Below are positions 1 through 9,593 of a DNA stretch of 32,000 nucleotides, one piece after another. Numbering within the stretch: the stretch's first letter is position 1; each line of letters begins with the position of its first letter. Made by a program: the position numbers and the translations under genes. The notes beneath the pieces are model-generated. The model did no database searches, was not told the DNA's origin, and was given only the letters and a program-made list of their open reading frames with translations. Source of the stretch: Nitrosospira multiformis ATCC 25196 (GTDB lineage: Bacteria > Pseudomonadota > Gammaproteobacteria > Burkholderiales > Nitrosomonadaceae); assembly GCF_000196355.1 (NCBI RefSeq), contig NC_007614.1, positions 2,820,001 to 2,852,000 on the forward strand, in the 5' to 3' direction.

Positions 1-2538
1 TCGGGCGAGCATGATGTGGCGCGGGCCTATGTGCTGTACCGCGAGGATCGCGCGCGCAAGCGGGCGCAGCAAAAGGAAGCGGGTGCAGCGGAGGCGGCCG
101 GCAGCGTCCTGAACGTGCTCGAGGACGGGCGCAGGGTTCCGCTCGATACCGCGAGACTGTTGGCGCTGATCGGCTCCTGCTGCGAAGGTCTGGGTGAGGG
201 GGTCGATCCTGCGCTGATACTTAAAGCCACGCTCAAGGATTTATATGATGGAGTGCCGATGGAGGAAGTAAGGAAATCGGTAATCCTGTCAGCACGGGCG
301 TTGCTGGAAAAAGAGCCGGCCTACAGCTACGTCACGGCGCGACTGCTGCTGCACTCGCTCCGCTTCGAGGTGCTGGGCGAGGAAATCGTACAAAGGGAAA
401 TGGCCGGGCGCTATATGGAATATTTCCCGGCCTTCATAAAGCGCGGAATCGAAGCCGAACTGCTGGATGAGCGGCTGGCGCAGTTTGACTTGCCCAGGCT
501 GGCACAAGCCCTCCATGCGGAGCGCGATCTCAAATTTGGCTATCTCGGTTTGCAAACCTTGTATGACCGTTATTTTCTGCATATACAGGAGCGCCGCATC
601 GAGTTGCCGCAGGCATTTTTCATGCGGGTGGCGATGGGGCTTGCATTGAACGAAATCGATCGTGAAGCACGGGCGATAGAGTTCTACCATGTGCTGTCCA
701 ACTTTGATTTCATGAGTTCCACACCCACCCTGTTTAATTCCGGCACACGCCGCTCGCAGCTGTCTTCATGCTATCTCACGACAGTGCCGGACGACCTGGA
801 TGGGATTTACGAGGGAATCAAGGAAAACGCGCTGCTTGCCAAGTATGCCGGAGGACTGGGTAATGATTGGACGCGTGTGCGGGCGATGGGATCGCATATC
901 AAGGGCACCAACGGCAAGTCCCAGGGCGTAGTCCCCTTTCTCAAGGTAGTATCCGACACGGCCGTGGCGGTAAACCAGGGCGGCAAACGCAAAGGCGCCG
1001 TTTGTGCCTACCTCGAATCCTGGCATTTGGATATCGAGGAGTTTCTGGAACTGCGCAAGAATACCGGGGACGATCGCCGGCGCACGCATGACATGAACAC
1101 GGCCACATGGGTTCCCGACCTGTTCATGAAACGGGTAATGGAAGGGGGCGAATGGACGCTCTTTTCGCCTTCCGACGTGCCCGATCTGCACGAAAAGTAT
1201 GGCAAGGCATTTGAGCAGGCTTATCTCGCCTACGAGGATAAAGTCGCGCGCGGCGAACTCGACCTGTACAAGACGATACCCGCGGTGCAGTTATGGCGCA
1301 AAATGCTGAGCATGCTGTTTGAAACCGGGCACCCATGGATCACCTTCAAGGATGCCTGCAATATCCGCTCGCCGCAAAACCATATAGGGGTGGTGCACAG
1401 TTCCAATCTCTGCACCGAGATAACGCTGAATACCAATGATCAGGAAATCGCGGTATGCAACCTTGGTTCGATCAATCTGGCAGCCCACATCGATGATGGC
1501 GGGAAGCTGGATGCCGACAAGCTCAAGCGTACTGTCAGCCTCGCCATGCGCATGCTCGACAATGTGATCGATATCAATTTCTATGCCGTGGCCAAGGCGC
1601 GCAACTCCAATCTCAGGCACCGGCCGGTCGGGCTGGGTATCATGGGTTTCCAGGATTGCCTGCACAGGATGCGCATTCCCTACGCTTCGGACGAAGCAGT
1701 GGAATTTGCGGACCGTACCATGGAAGCGATGGCCTACCATGCCTACTGGGCCTCGACCGAACTGGCCGAAGAGCGGGGACGTTATGCTTCCTATCGCGGC
1801 AGTCTGTGGGACCGCGGCATTCTGCCCCAGGATACGCTCGACCTGCTGCAGGAAGAACGCGGCGGATACATCGAGGCGGACAGATCATCGACGCTGGACT
1901 GGGAAGCGCTGCGCGAACGCATCAGAAACCATGGCATGCGTAACTCCAACTGCCTCGCAATAGCGCCCACCGCGACCATTTCGAACATTGTCGGCGTTTC
2001 AGCCAGCATCGAGCCAACCTTCAAGAATCTTTACGTCAAATCCAATTTGTCGGGAGAATTCACCATTGCCAACCAGTACTTGGTAAGCGACCTGAAAAAG
2101 CTTGGGCTATGGGACGAGGTCATGATTTCTGATATCAAGTATTTCGATGGCGCCCTGGGCAAGATAGACCGCGTACCGACCGAACTTCGCAAGCTTTATG
2201 CCACTGCCTTCGAGGTGGAACCCCAGTGGTTGATCGAGGCGGCAGCGCGCCGGCAGAAATGGATAGATCAGTCCCAGTCCCTGAATATCTATATTGCGAG
2301 CGTCTCCGGCAAAAAGCTGGATGAAACCTACAAACTGGCCTGGGTGCGTGGCTTGAAGACGACCTATTATCTGCGCTCGCTCGGAGCAACGTCAGCAGAA
2401 AAATCTACAGTCCAGGCTGGCTCTTTGAATGCGGTGCCCGCAGAAGGAAGTCTGCCAGCCATGGGTGCGGCGGCAGTGCCGGCGACAGACGTATCGTTCT
2501 GTTCCGTCGATGATCCGGAATGTGAATCATGCCAATAA
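1..2538 (+). CDS. nrdA: Ribonucleoside-diphosphate reductase class Ia, alpha subunit (5' end outside window)
   Basis: Frame 1 is open from base 1 (SGEHDVARAYVLYRE...), so the GTG at 16 is not the real start. Family hallmarks are present: NLCTEI active-site block, large catalytic barrel, and C-terminal redox-shuttle cysteines (...ECESCQ). Stop TAA at 2536-2538. nrdB follows 29 nt later. Confidence 0.95.
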   Translation, partial: SGEHDVARAYVLYREDRARKRAQQKEAGAAEAAGSVLNVLEDGRRVPLDTARLLALIGSCCEGLGEGVDPALILKATLKDLYDGVPMEEVRKSVILSARALLEKEPAYSYVTARLLLHSLRFEVLGEEIVQREMAGRYMEYFPAFIKRGIEAELLDERLAQFDLPRLAQALHAERDLKFGYLGLQTLYDRYFLHIQERRIELPQAFFMRVAMGLALNEIDREARAIEFYHVLSNFDFMSSTPTLFNSGTRRSQLSSCYLTTVPDDLDGIYEGIKENALLAKYAGGLGNDWTRVRAMGSHIKGTNGKSQGVVPFLKVVSDTAVAVNQGGKRKGAVCAYLESWHLDIEEFLELRKNTGDDRRRTHDMNTATWVPDLFMKRVMEGGEWTLFSPSDVPDLHEKYGKAFEQAYLAYEDKVARGELDLYKTIPAVQLWRKMLSMLFETGHPWITFKDACNIRSPQNHIGVVHSSNLCTEITLNTNDQEIAVCNLGSINLAAHIDDGGKLDADKLKRTVSLAMRMLDNVIDINFYAVAKARNSNLRHRPVGLGIMGFQDCLHRMRIPYASDEAVEFADRTMEAMAYHAYWASTELAEERGRYASYRGSLWDRGILPQDTLDLLQEERGGYIEADRSSTLDWEALRERIRNHGMRNSNCLAIAPTATISNIVGVSASIEPTFKNLYVKSNLSGEFTIANQYLVSDLKKLGLWDEVMISDIKYFDGALGKIDRVPTELRKLYATAFEVEPQWLIEAAARRQKWIDQSQSLNIYIASVSGKKLDETYKLAWVRGLKTTYYLRSLGATSAEKSTVQAGSLNAVPAEGSLPAMGAAAVPATDVSFCSVDDPECESCQ

Positions 2539-2567
2539 CAATTAAAATGTAATGTTAGGAGAAAGAT

Positions 2568-3794
2568 ATGTTGATATTCGAGGATGAAATCATGCCATCG
2601 GCGCCGCGGAGAAACGGCGAGCCGGGATTGCTTGACGGAACCCGCGCGGGCCCTGAAGCAGCGAGCCGCCTTGACGGCACGAACGGGACGGAGGCAGAAG
2701 GTGGCGTGAGCGATGTGACTGGGTCGCATGGAGGGAATGGCATGGGAGAAAAGGACTATTCCGCAGAGGACATCCATCGGCGCGTGTCGGTGGAAGACAA
2801 GCGCATCATCAATTGCAAGGCGGATGTCAACCAACTGGTGCCTTTCAAGTACAAATGGGCGTGGGAGAAGTATCTGGCGGCCTGCGCCAACCATTGGATG
2901 CCTCAGGAAATCAACATGAGCCGCGATATCGCTCTCTGGAAAGATCCGAACGGACTGACCGAGGATGAGCGGCGGATAGTCAAGCGCAACCTGGGCTTCT
3001 TCGTTACCGCGGATTCGCTCGCGGCCAACAACATCGTGCTCGGCACTTACCGGCACGTCACCAATCCGGAATGCCGCCAGTACCTGTTACGGCAAGCCTT
3101 TGAAGAGGCGATTCATACGCATGCCTATCAGTACATCGTCGAATCGCTGGGGCTGGACGAAGGCGAGATTTTCAACGCCTATCACGAAGTGAGATCCATC
3201 CGCGAGAAGGATGAATTCCTGATTCCCTTTATCGATACGCTCACTGATCCATCATTCAGGACGGGCACGCTCGAAGCGGATCAGAAGTTGCTTAAAAGCC
3301 TGATCGTATTCGCCTGCATCATGGAAGGCCTGTTCTTTTATGTAGGTTTCATACAGATCCTGGCGCTCGGAAGGCAGAACAAGATGACGGGCTCGGCCGA
3401 GCAGTATCAATACATTCTGCGGGATGAATCCATGCACTGCAATTTCGGCATCGATGTCGTGAATCAGATCAAAATGGAAAACCCGCATTTGTGGACGAAA
3501 GAATTTCGCAGCGAAATCAGTGCGCTGATGCAAAAAGCGGTGGAACTGGAATACCGTTATGCCGAGGACACCATGCCGCGAGGCGTTCTGGGATTGAACG
3601 CGCCCATGTTCAAGGAATACCTGCGCTATATCGCCAACCGCCGCTGCCAGCAGATAGGTCTGGATATTCTCTATCCGGGAGCGAGCAACCCCTTCCCCTG
3701 GATGTCTGAAATGATCGATCTGAAAAAGGAAAAGAACTTTTTTGAAACACGCGTTACCGAGTATCAGACTGGCGGTGTGCTGAACTGGGACTAA
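2568..3794 (+). CDS. nrdB: Ribonucleoside-diphosphate reductase class Ia, beta subunit
   Basis: SD AGGAGA (2557-2562) lies 5 nt before the ATG. Conserved blocks are [16 protein letters not shown] and the di-iron ligand regions ([19 protein letters not shown]). The first ~60 aa are a Gly/Glu/Pro-rich low-complexity extension. Confidence 0.93.
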   Translation: MLIFEDEIMPSAPRRNGEPGLLDGTRAGPEAASRLDGTNGTEAEGGVSDVTGSHGGNGMGEKDYSAEDIHRRVSVEDKRIINCKADVNQLVPFKYKWAWEKYLAACANHWMPQEINMSRDIALWKDPNGLTEDERRIVKRNLGFFVTADSLAANNIVLGTYRHVTNPECRQYLLRQAFEEAIHTHAYQYIVESLGLDEGEIFNAYHEVRSIREKDEFLIPFIDTLTDPSFRTGTLEADQKLLKSLIVFACIMEGLFFYVGFIQILALGRQNKMTGSAEQYQYILRDESMHCNFGIDVVNQIKMENPHLWTKEFRSEISALMQKAVELEYRYAEDTMPRGVLGLNAPMFKEYLRYIANRRCQQIGLDILYPGASNPFPWMSEMIDLKKEKNFFETRVTEYQTGGVLNWD

Positions 3795-4043
3795 ACAACT
3801 AGAATACTAGAATAATAATGAGGGACAGCAGGCGCGTCACGAAGGGTCTGCCTGCCTCACTCCCCGCTTTAAGCAACTCTTCGCATTTCGGATTTTTGCA
3901 TCGTCTGGCAGCCCGCCTCGATTCCGCGGGCTCTGCCATCAATACATTTTCCCTGCGTCGATTATAATCATTTACGCTGGTAAAATTTTAAGGACGAGGT
4001 TAACATTGGCCTTCATTCGAATCTCTACCTGATGGAGGTGGTA

Positions 4044-4322
4044 ATGGCTCGTACAATTCCACAAGGGTCCCGCGACTACGACACCACGCGCGTTGTTGAA
4101 CGACCCGATGGTTTTTATTGGCATGACGAAAAAGAGGGTGACAGGGTATTCGGTCCCTTCCCCACCTTACTTGAAGCCATCCAGGATATGGAGTACAACG
4201 CCGACTCGGACTATGAACCGGGGGAGACTCTGGAGCAGGCCGAGGACGAGCTCGGCATATCCGACTGGATCGATCCTGAAACCGGCCAACCCGGCGAAGA
4301 ATCCTTCCGGCTCGAAAACTGA
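4044..4322 (+). CDS. Hypothetical small acidic protein (92 aa)
   Basis: GGAGG at 4034-4038 sits 5 nt before the ATG at 4044, so I prefer this to the in-frame ATG at 4032. The C-terminal half is very acidic (DSDYEPGETLEQAEDELGISDWIDPETGQPGEE). I recognise no family. Long non-coding spacers flank it on both sides. Confidence 0.5.
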   Translation: MARTIPQGSRDYDTTRVVERPDGFYWHDEKEGDRVFGPFPTLLEAIQDMEYNADSDYEPGETLEQAEDELGISDWIDPETGQPGEESFRLEN

Positions 4323-4596
4323 TCAGTATCCCCCTGATCCGGCACGTTTCATCGCACCATGTTCCGGCGATTGGACGTGCTCTTCTTCAGAATAAGTACG
4401 AATAAATCTTCTCCAGGTCGGTTTTCAATCTCTGCACCCGGATTTCCGTGCGTGCAGGGCAAGCATGCGGTCTTTCCGCAGTCTCCCCTTCCGGCTGCTT
4501 TTATTTCCTGCCTTCACCGGCGAATGTGCGTGCCCGGGTATCTCTTCTTGGATATTTCTTATATGGCCGCCTGTCTTTCCTTGATCCAAGGCTGAT

Positions 4597-5985
4597 ATGA
4601 ATTACCGTGATGAACGGGATACCATGGGCTCAATACAGGTGCCCGCGCACGCGCTGTGGGGCGCGCAGACCCAGCGCTCCTTGCAGAATTTCAGAATTTC
4701 AGGCGAACGCATGCCGCCTGCGCTGCTTCACGCGCTGGCACTCGTGAAGCGGGCGGCAGCTGCCATAAACCGTGATCTGGGGGTTCTGGATGACGGGCGC
4801 GCTACCGCCATCATCCAGGCTGCGGATGAGGTGATCGCAGGCGATCATGATGCAGAGTTTCCGCTGGTCGTGTGGCAGACCGGCTCGGGCACCCAGACCA
4901 ACATGAATATGAACGAAGTGCTGGCAAATCGCGCTTCTGAACTGCTGGGAGGCGGAAGAGGAGGGGATTGCAGGATCCATCCCAACGACGATGTAAACAA
5001 GGGGCAGTCATCCAATGACGTGTTTCCCTCTGCCATGCATGTGGCGGCCGCCTGCTCCCTCAATCATCAGTTGAAGCCTGGCATTGCCGCGTTGCGGCAT
5101 ACGCTGGCCGCCAAAGCGGAGGCATTTTCAGGCATTGTCAAAATCGGCCGCACCCATTTGCAGGATGCTACTCCCCTCACCTTGGGGCAGGAATTCTCGG
5201 GGTATGTTTCCCAACTGGACCACGGGTTGGGGCATGTCGACGCCGCGCTTCCGCATGTATATGAACTGGCTCTGGGAGGGACGGCGGTGGGTACCGGATT
5301 GAATGCCCACCCTGAGTTTGCGGTGCGGATCGCAGCGGAATTGGCAAGATTGACGGGCCTGCCTTTTGTGACAGCTCCCAACAAGTTTGAAGCCCTCGCT
5401 GCCAACGATGCGCTCGTCCATGCGCACGGTGCGCTCAAGACCCTGGCAGCCTCGCTCATGAAGATCGCCAATGATATCCGCTGGCTTGCGTCGGGCCCGC
5501 GCTGCGGAATCGGCGAACTGAAAATTCCTGAAAACGAGCCGGGCAGTTCCATCATGCCCGGCAAAGTCAATCCGACACAGTCAGAGGCGCTTACCATGCT
5601 GTGCTGCCAGGTAATGGGCAATGATGTCGCCATCAATATGGGTGGCGCAATGGGGAATTTTGAGCTCAACGTCATGAAACCGCTTATCATTCACAATTTC
5701 CTGCAAAGCGTGCGCCTGCTCGCGGATGGTATGATAAGCTTCAACGAGCATTGCGCGATCGGAATCACCGCAAACATCGATCGCATAGATGAATTGCTGC
5801 GCAAATCGCTGATGCTGGTGACTGCACTCGCGCCCCACATCGGCTACGACAAGGCGTCTGAAATCGCGAAGAAAGCGCATCGCGAAGGCACTACACTGGA
5901 ACAGGCAGCCGTTGCAACCGGCTATATTACCGTCGATCAATTTCAGGATTGGGTAAGACCGGAAGACATGATTCACCCGCAATGA
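4597..5985 (+). CDS. fumC: Fumarate hydratase, class II
   Basis: 462 aa with the fumarate lyase signature [16 protein letters not shown] and a typical N-terminus ([22 protein letters not shown]). Confidence 0.95.
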   Translation: MNYRDERDTMGSIQVPAHALWGAQTQRSLQNFRISGERMPPALLHALALVKRAAAAINRDLGVLDDGRATAIIQAADEVIAGDHDAEFPLVVWQTGSGTQTNMNMNEVLANRASELLGGGRGGDCRIHPNDDVNKGQSSNDVFPSAMHVAAACSLNHQLKPGIAALRHTLAAKAEAFSGIVKIGRTHLQDATPLTLGQEFSGYVSQLDHGLGHVDAALPHVYELALGGTAVGTGLNAHPEFAVRIAAELARLTGLPFVTAPNKFEALAANDALVHAHGALKTLAASLMKIANDIRWLASGPRCGIGELKIPENEPGSSIMPGKVNPTQSEALTMLCCQVMGNDVAINMGGAMGNFELNVMKPLIIHNFLQSVRLLADGMISFNEHCAIGITANIDRIDELLRKSLMLVTALAPHIGYDKASEIAKKAHREGTTLEQAAVATGYITVDQFQDWVRPEDMIHPQ

Positions 5986-6037
5986 TGCTTGGGTTGAATA
6001 AATGTTGCTGCTCCTGCGGCTTCTGCCGCCAGGGTGA

Positions 6038-7270
6038 ATGAGCTTGCTCCCGTCATCCTCACGGGTACCGAAAGTGGGCCTCGTCCTGACTGGAGGAGGG
6101 GCCCGTGCCGCCTATCAGGTGGGTGTTCTGCAGGCTATCGCGGCGATGCTGCCCAAGAGAACGCGCACCCCCTTTCCCGTAATTTGCGGTACATCCGCCG
6201 GCGCATTCAATGCCGCGGTTCTCGCCATCTCGGCCCGGAACTTTCAGGAGGGTGTGCGACGCCTGTCGGGGGTATGGGAAAACGCGCACGTCAACCAGGC
6301 CTACCGGACAGACCCTCTAGGCGTATACGCAAATGCAATACGCTGGCTCGCATCTCTCCTGTTTGGAAGCGTGAAAAACCAGGGCGCGACCTCCCTGCTC
6401 GACAACTCGCCACTTGCGCAACTGCTGGAAAACAGCCTGCCGCTTCAAAGCATTCAGAAGAGTATCGATACCGGCGCCTTGCATGCTCTCGGCATTACCG
6501 CCTGGGGCTATACCAGCGGACAATCGGTGACGTTCTATCAGGGTGCGGACAGCATACGGTCGTGGAAGCGGGAACGCCGCATCGGTGTCGCCGTTCCTAT
6601 CGAAATTGAGCATCTGCTGGCCTCTTCCGCCATTCCGCTTCTTTTTCCAGCCGTGCGGCTGAACCGCGAGTACTTCGGAGACGGTTCAATGCGCCAGCTT
6701 GCGCCGTTGAGTCCCGCGCTGCATCTCGGGGCAGACCGTGTGCTGGTGATTGGCGTGCGCAAGATAGAGGAAACACAGCCCGAGCGTGTCAAGGTAGACA
6801 CCTATCCCACGCTCGCGCAGATCGGCGGTCATATCATGAGCAGTATTTTTCTCGATAACCTTTATGTCGACTTGGAACGGTTGCAGCGCATCAATCGGAC
6901 CCTACGCATGATTCCCGAAGAAAAAATGAGAAATCACGACATGCCGCTGCGCCAGATTCAACATATGGTCATTTCCCCCAGCGTTGAATTCACTGAAATC
7001 GCGCAGCAGCACGCTGCAACCCTGCCGCATACTATCCGGCTTTTTTACCGGGCCATCGGGGCAATGAGACGCGACGGCTCGTCTCTCCTGAGCTATGTTC
7101 TGTTTGAAGAACCCTTCTGCCGCGCACTCATCGATCTCGGCTATCAGGATACGCTGCCGCGCAAAGCCGAACTCTTGCGGTTTCTCAATGCAGCGCCAAT
7201 CAATGGGCCGACGCAAGCAGATTTATCCGACGCTGGTATAATCCGCAATCCAGTTCCGGGGATAGGCTGA
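6038..7270 (+). CDS. Patatin-like phospholipase family protein
   Basis: Oxyanion-hole motif GLVLTGGGARAAYQVGVL, nucleophile elbow G-T-S-A-G, and the catalytic Asp motif (FGDGSM). Confidence 0.85.
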   Translation: MSLLPSSSRVPKVGLVLTGGGARAAYQVGVLQAIAAMLPKRTRTPFPVICGTSAGAFNAAVLAISARNFQEGVRRLSGVWENAHVNQAYRTDPLGVYANAIRWLASLLFGSVKNQGATSLLDNSPLAQLLENSLPLQSIQKSIDTGALHALGITAWGYTSGQSVTFYQGADSIRSWKRERRIGVAVPIEIEHLLASSAIPLLFPAVRLNREYFGDGSMRQLAPLSPALHLGADRVLVIGVRKIEETQPERVKVDTYPTLAQIGGHIMSSIFLDNLYVDLERLQRINRTLRMIPEEKMRNHDMPLRQIQHMVISPSVEFTEIAQQHAATLPHTIRLFYRAIGAMRRDGSSLLSYVLFEEPFCRALIDLGYQDTLPRKAELLRFLNAAPINGPTQADLSDAGIIRNPVPGIG

Positions 7271-7316
7271 ACAGCCTGGTCGCCTCACCCGATTCCCTAT
7301 TTTTCAGAGACTTCTT

Positions 7317-8048
7317 ATGGACCTTGCCAGTCCGCAATTCTGGATAGCCGTACTCCAGATTATTACCATTGATATCGTTCTGGGAGGCGATAACGCGGTG
7401 GTTATCGCGCTTGCATGCCGGCGGCTTCCCGAAAAGCAGCGAAATCTCGGCATTTTCTGGGGAGTGTTCGGCGCCATTGCGCTGCGGGTCGTGCTGATCT
7501 ACTTCGCCTTCACCTTGATGGCAATTCCATTCCTGAAAATCGTGGCGGCTCTGCTGCTATTATGGATCGGCATCAAGTTGCTTCAACCCGAACCGGAAGG
7601 GAACGGACATGAGATCAGCGCAAGCGCAACCTTGCTGGGCGCGATTAAAACCATCATTGTCGCCGATGCCATGATGAGCCTGGATAATGTGATTGCCATT
7701 GCCGGCGCCGCCCGGGACAGTGTCATCCTGGTGGTCTTTGGCCTGGTGGTGAGTGTGCCCATCATCGTTTGGGGCAGCAAGCTGGTAATGAGACTCATGG
7801 AAAAATTTCCCGTCACTATCTTCATCGGTGCGGGCCTGCTTGGCTGGATCGCGGGACACATGAGCATTACCGACGCGGTCAGCAGGGAATGGGTAAATAA
7901 CAACGCGGCCTTTCTGCACTGGGTTGCACCCGCGGCAGGCGCTCTGCTGATCGTGACCATCGGGAAATGGCTTGCCGACAAGGCCGGGGCAAGAAGAGCC
8001 GCGATCGTCGACCTGATGGACGATATAAACGATAAACCGCGTTCGTAG
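7317..8048 (+). CDS. TerC/YjbE-family integral membrane protein
   Basis: Multi-pass membrane protein with the paired family motifs GGDNAVVIALA and SLDNVIAIAGAA. Confidence 0.85.
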   Translation: MDLASPQFWIAVLQIITIDIVLGGDNAVVIALACRRLPEKQRNLGIFWGVFGAIALRVVLIYFAFTLMAIPFLKIVAALLLLWIGIKLLQPEPEGNGHEISASATLLGAIKTIIVADAMMSLDNVIAIAGAARDSVILVVFGLVVSVPIIVWGSKLVMRLMEKFPVTIFIGAGLLGWIAGHMSITDAVSREWVNNNAAFLHWVAPAAGALLIVTIGKWLADKAGARRAAIVDLMDDINDKPRS

Positions 8049-8078
8049 GCGCAAATTAACTGTTATGAGGGAGAAAAC

Positions 8079-8504
8079 ATGCTGAAACTCCTGTTGCCGG
8101 TAGATGGTTCAGCGGCATCGGACAACGCAGTCGGAAAGTTCATCAAACTGGTTCCTTCATACAGGGAAGCACCCGAAATACATTTGCTGAACGTGCAATT
8201 CCCCTTGCGCGGCAACGTGCCGATGTTCATAGACAAGAAGAGCATAGATCTGTATTACCAGGAAGAAGGTACGAAAGAACTGTCATCGGCGCGAGCATTG
8301 CTCGATCAGGCCGGGATCGGCTACCGGTTCCATGTCTCTTCAGGACATCCGCCCAACATCATTCTGCGTTATGCGGAAGAAATGAATTTCGATCAGATCG
8401 TGCTTGGCCCGCGTGGACTTGGAACGGTGAAAGGAATATTGCTGGGTTCGGTTGCCAGCAAGGTCATACAGCTTTCGACAATACCGGTGCTCCTGATCAA
8501 ATAG
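8079..8504 (+). CDS. Universal stress protein (UspA family)
   Basis: 141 aa. It starts MLKLLLPVDGS and ends with the Usp ATP-binding-type block VLGPRGLGTVKGILLGSVASKV. SD GAGGGAG lies upstream. Confidence 0.85.
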   Translation: MLKLLLPVDGSAASDNAVGKFIKLVPSYREAPEIHLLNVQFPLRGNVPMFIDKKSIDLYYQEEGTKELSSARALLDQAGIGYRFHVSSGHPPNIILRYAEEMNFDQIVLGPRGLGTVKGILLGSVASKVIQLSTIPVLLIK

Positions 8505-8558
8505 GATGGCGGATATCAGGGAATAGTGATGCGTTTAACCAAGAAGGAGTTTTTTAGC

Positions 8559-9047
8559 ATGAAGCAGGATCAGAAGGGCCTAACCTTGATCGAGTCAATG
8601 ATGGTAGTTGCCCTCATTGGCATCCTGGCGACGATCGCTATTCCACCTGCATTTCGGCTCTATGAGGACTCCCAGGCCCGCGCCCAGGTAACCGAAGCGC
8701 TCGATCTTCTCGGCCGCGTTAAATCTCCTGTTGCCGCGTTTTATTCGGATAAGGGAAGATGGCCTACCTCCGAAGAGTTCGACAATCTGGTGCCCGCACG
8801 GACCGGCAAGTATGTCGCGAGCCTCACGCCGGAATCCCGCGAAAAAGGTTTTGAGGTAATAGCAAAATTCAGGAATACCGGGGTGAGTCCGGCCCTGGTG
8901 ACGGAGGGATCCGGCAGAACACTGGTTCTGGCGACAGCAAACGGCAAGGAATGGTTCTGCAATGATAATACCGATCCTGTCTCCGGGATTCCCGACCTTG
9001 TCCCGGGTAATGTCCTGCCCCAGCACCGGCCGTCATCCTGCAAATAG
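8559..9047 (+). CDS. Type IVa pilin (prepilin, 162 aa)
   Basis: Class III signal: short basic leader MKQDQKG, then LTLIESMMVVALIGILATIAIP with Glu at +5. A C-terminal Cys pair (FCND...SSCK) fits the disulfide-bonded D-region. SD AAGGAG lies ~9 nt upstream of the ATG at 8559, so I prefer it to the GTG at 8526. Confidence 0.85.
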   Translation: MKQDQKGLTLIESMMVVALIGILATIAIPPAFRLYEDSQARAQVTEALDLLGRVKSPVAAFYSDKGRWPTSEEFDNLVPARTGKYVASLTPESREKGFEVIAKFRNTGVSPALVTEGSGRTLVLATANGKEWFCNDNTDPVSGIPDLVPGNVLPQHRPSSCK

Positions 9048-9593
9048 GAGGAAGCGCGAAAAAGAGGATTTGCGGTCCACTTCGTCCGCCTCGACCACTG
9101 TGGGCGCTTCGGCACTCATCAGGGGTTACAAACCTGGTTCAATAATTCCTGTAAGGTCGATTCGCTCCCATTTACAGTCCCGGTTTACCTCCTGCAATTA
9201 CGCTGTGAGGGCGCGGTAAGGATGCTTCGATCGCCAGAAGCTGAGCATTGCTTTCCTGTCAGATTCACCCCCGTTAGTCTTTTCGAATTAGGGATCGCGG
9301 GGCCTACACTTTTGACATTCAGCCCGATTGGCGGTTATCGTGAAGAGCAGTCAAAGCTGCTGCTGGAAAATCATGTCATGGAGCATTGACCCCAACTTTC
9401 CAATGCATATAATCGTCGAATAGTCGTGCTCCATTTTAGGGCAGAGCCATACTTTTCGGGCTCACTACACTCCCACTTCTCTGAGCACTGGCATAACCGG
9501 CCAAGCTCACTCCGGAACCTGCAAGAAAAAGAAAAAAGTGATACACCCACGTTTTGGCACGTTTCTATAGCAACAAGATAACCGGAAAAATAC

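Noticed and set aside
6034-6609. A 191-aa alternative-frame ORF overlapping the start of the patatin gene.
   Set aside because: The out-of-frame overlap is Arg/Gly/Cys-rich and lacks motifs. The patatin frame carries all the family motifs.
6038-7270. The patatin-like phospholipase as a possible CBASS (CapV-like) or other defence effector.
   Set aside because: There is no cyclase or nucleotidyltransferase, sensor, or other defence gene adjacent. Its neighbours are fumC and a TerC-family gene, and its size and motifs fit the common housekeeping RssA-like patatin proteins.
7271-7316. A possible yybP-ykoY (Mn2+) riboswitch, which often precedes TerC-family genes.
   Set aside because: The upstream spacer is only 46 nt, far too short for the roughly 100-nt or longer four-helix element, and it shows no conserved riboswitch core.
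9282-9288. A TTCGAAT T-loop-like motif downstream of the pilin gene, where Pseudomonas pilA loci carry a tRNA. Also GGTCGATTCGCTCC near 9164.
   Set aside because: The flanking 5-mers cannot form a T-stem on either strand, and no D-arm or acceptor pairing is present. It is not a tRNA or a tRNA fragment that I can support.
9555-9572. A sigma-54-like element, TGGCAC-N9-GCA, about 20 nt upstream of the 9594 ORF. It is tempting because pilin-region genes are often RpoN-dependent.
   Set aside because: The GG and GC dinucleotides are 14 nt apart instead of the strict 12 nt of the -24/-12 consensus (TGGCAC-N5-TTGC), and the -12 element reads TATAGCA rather than TTGCA.
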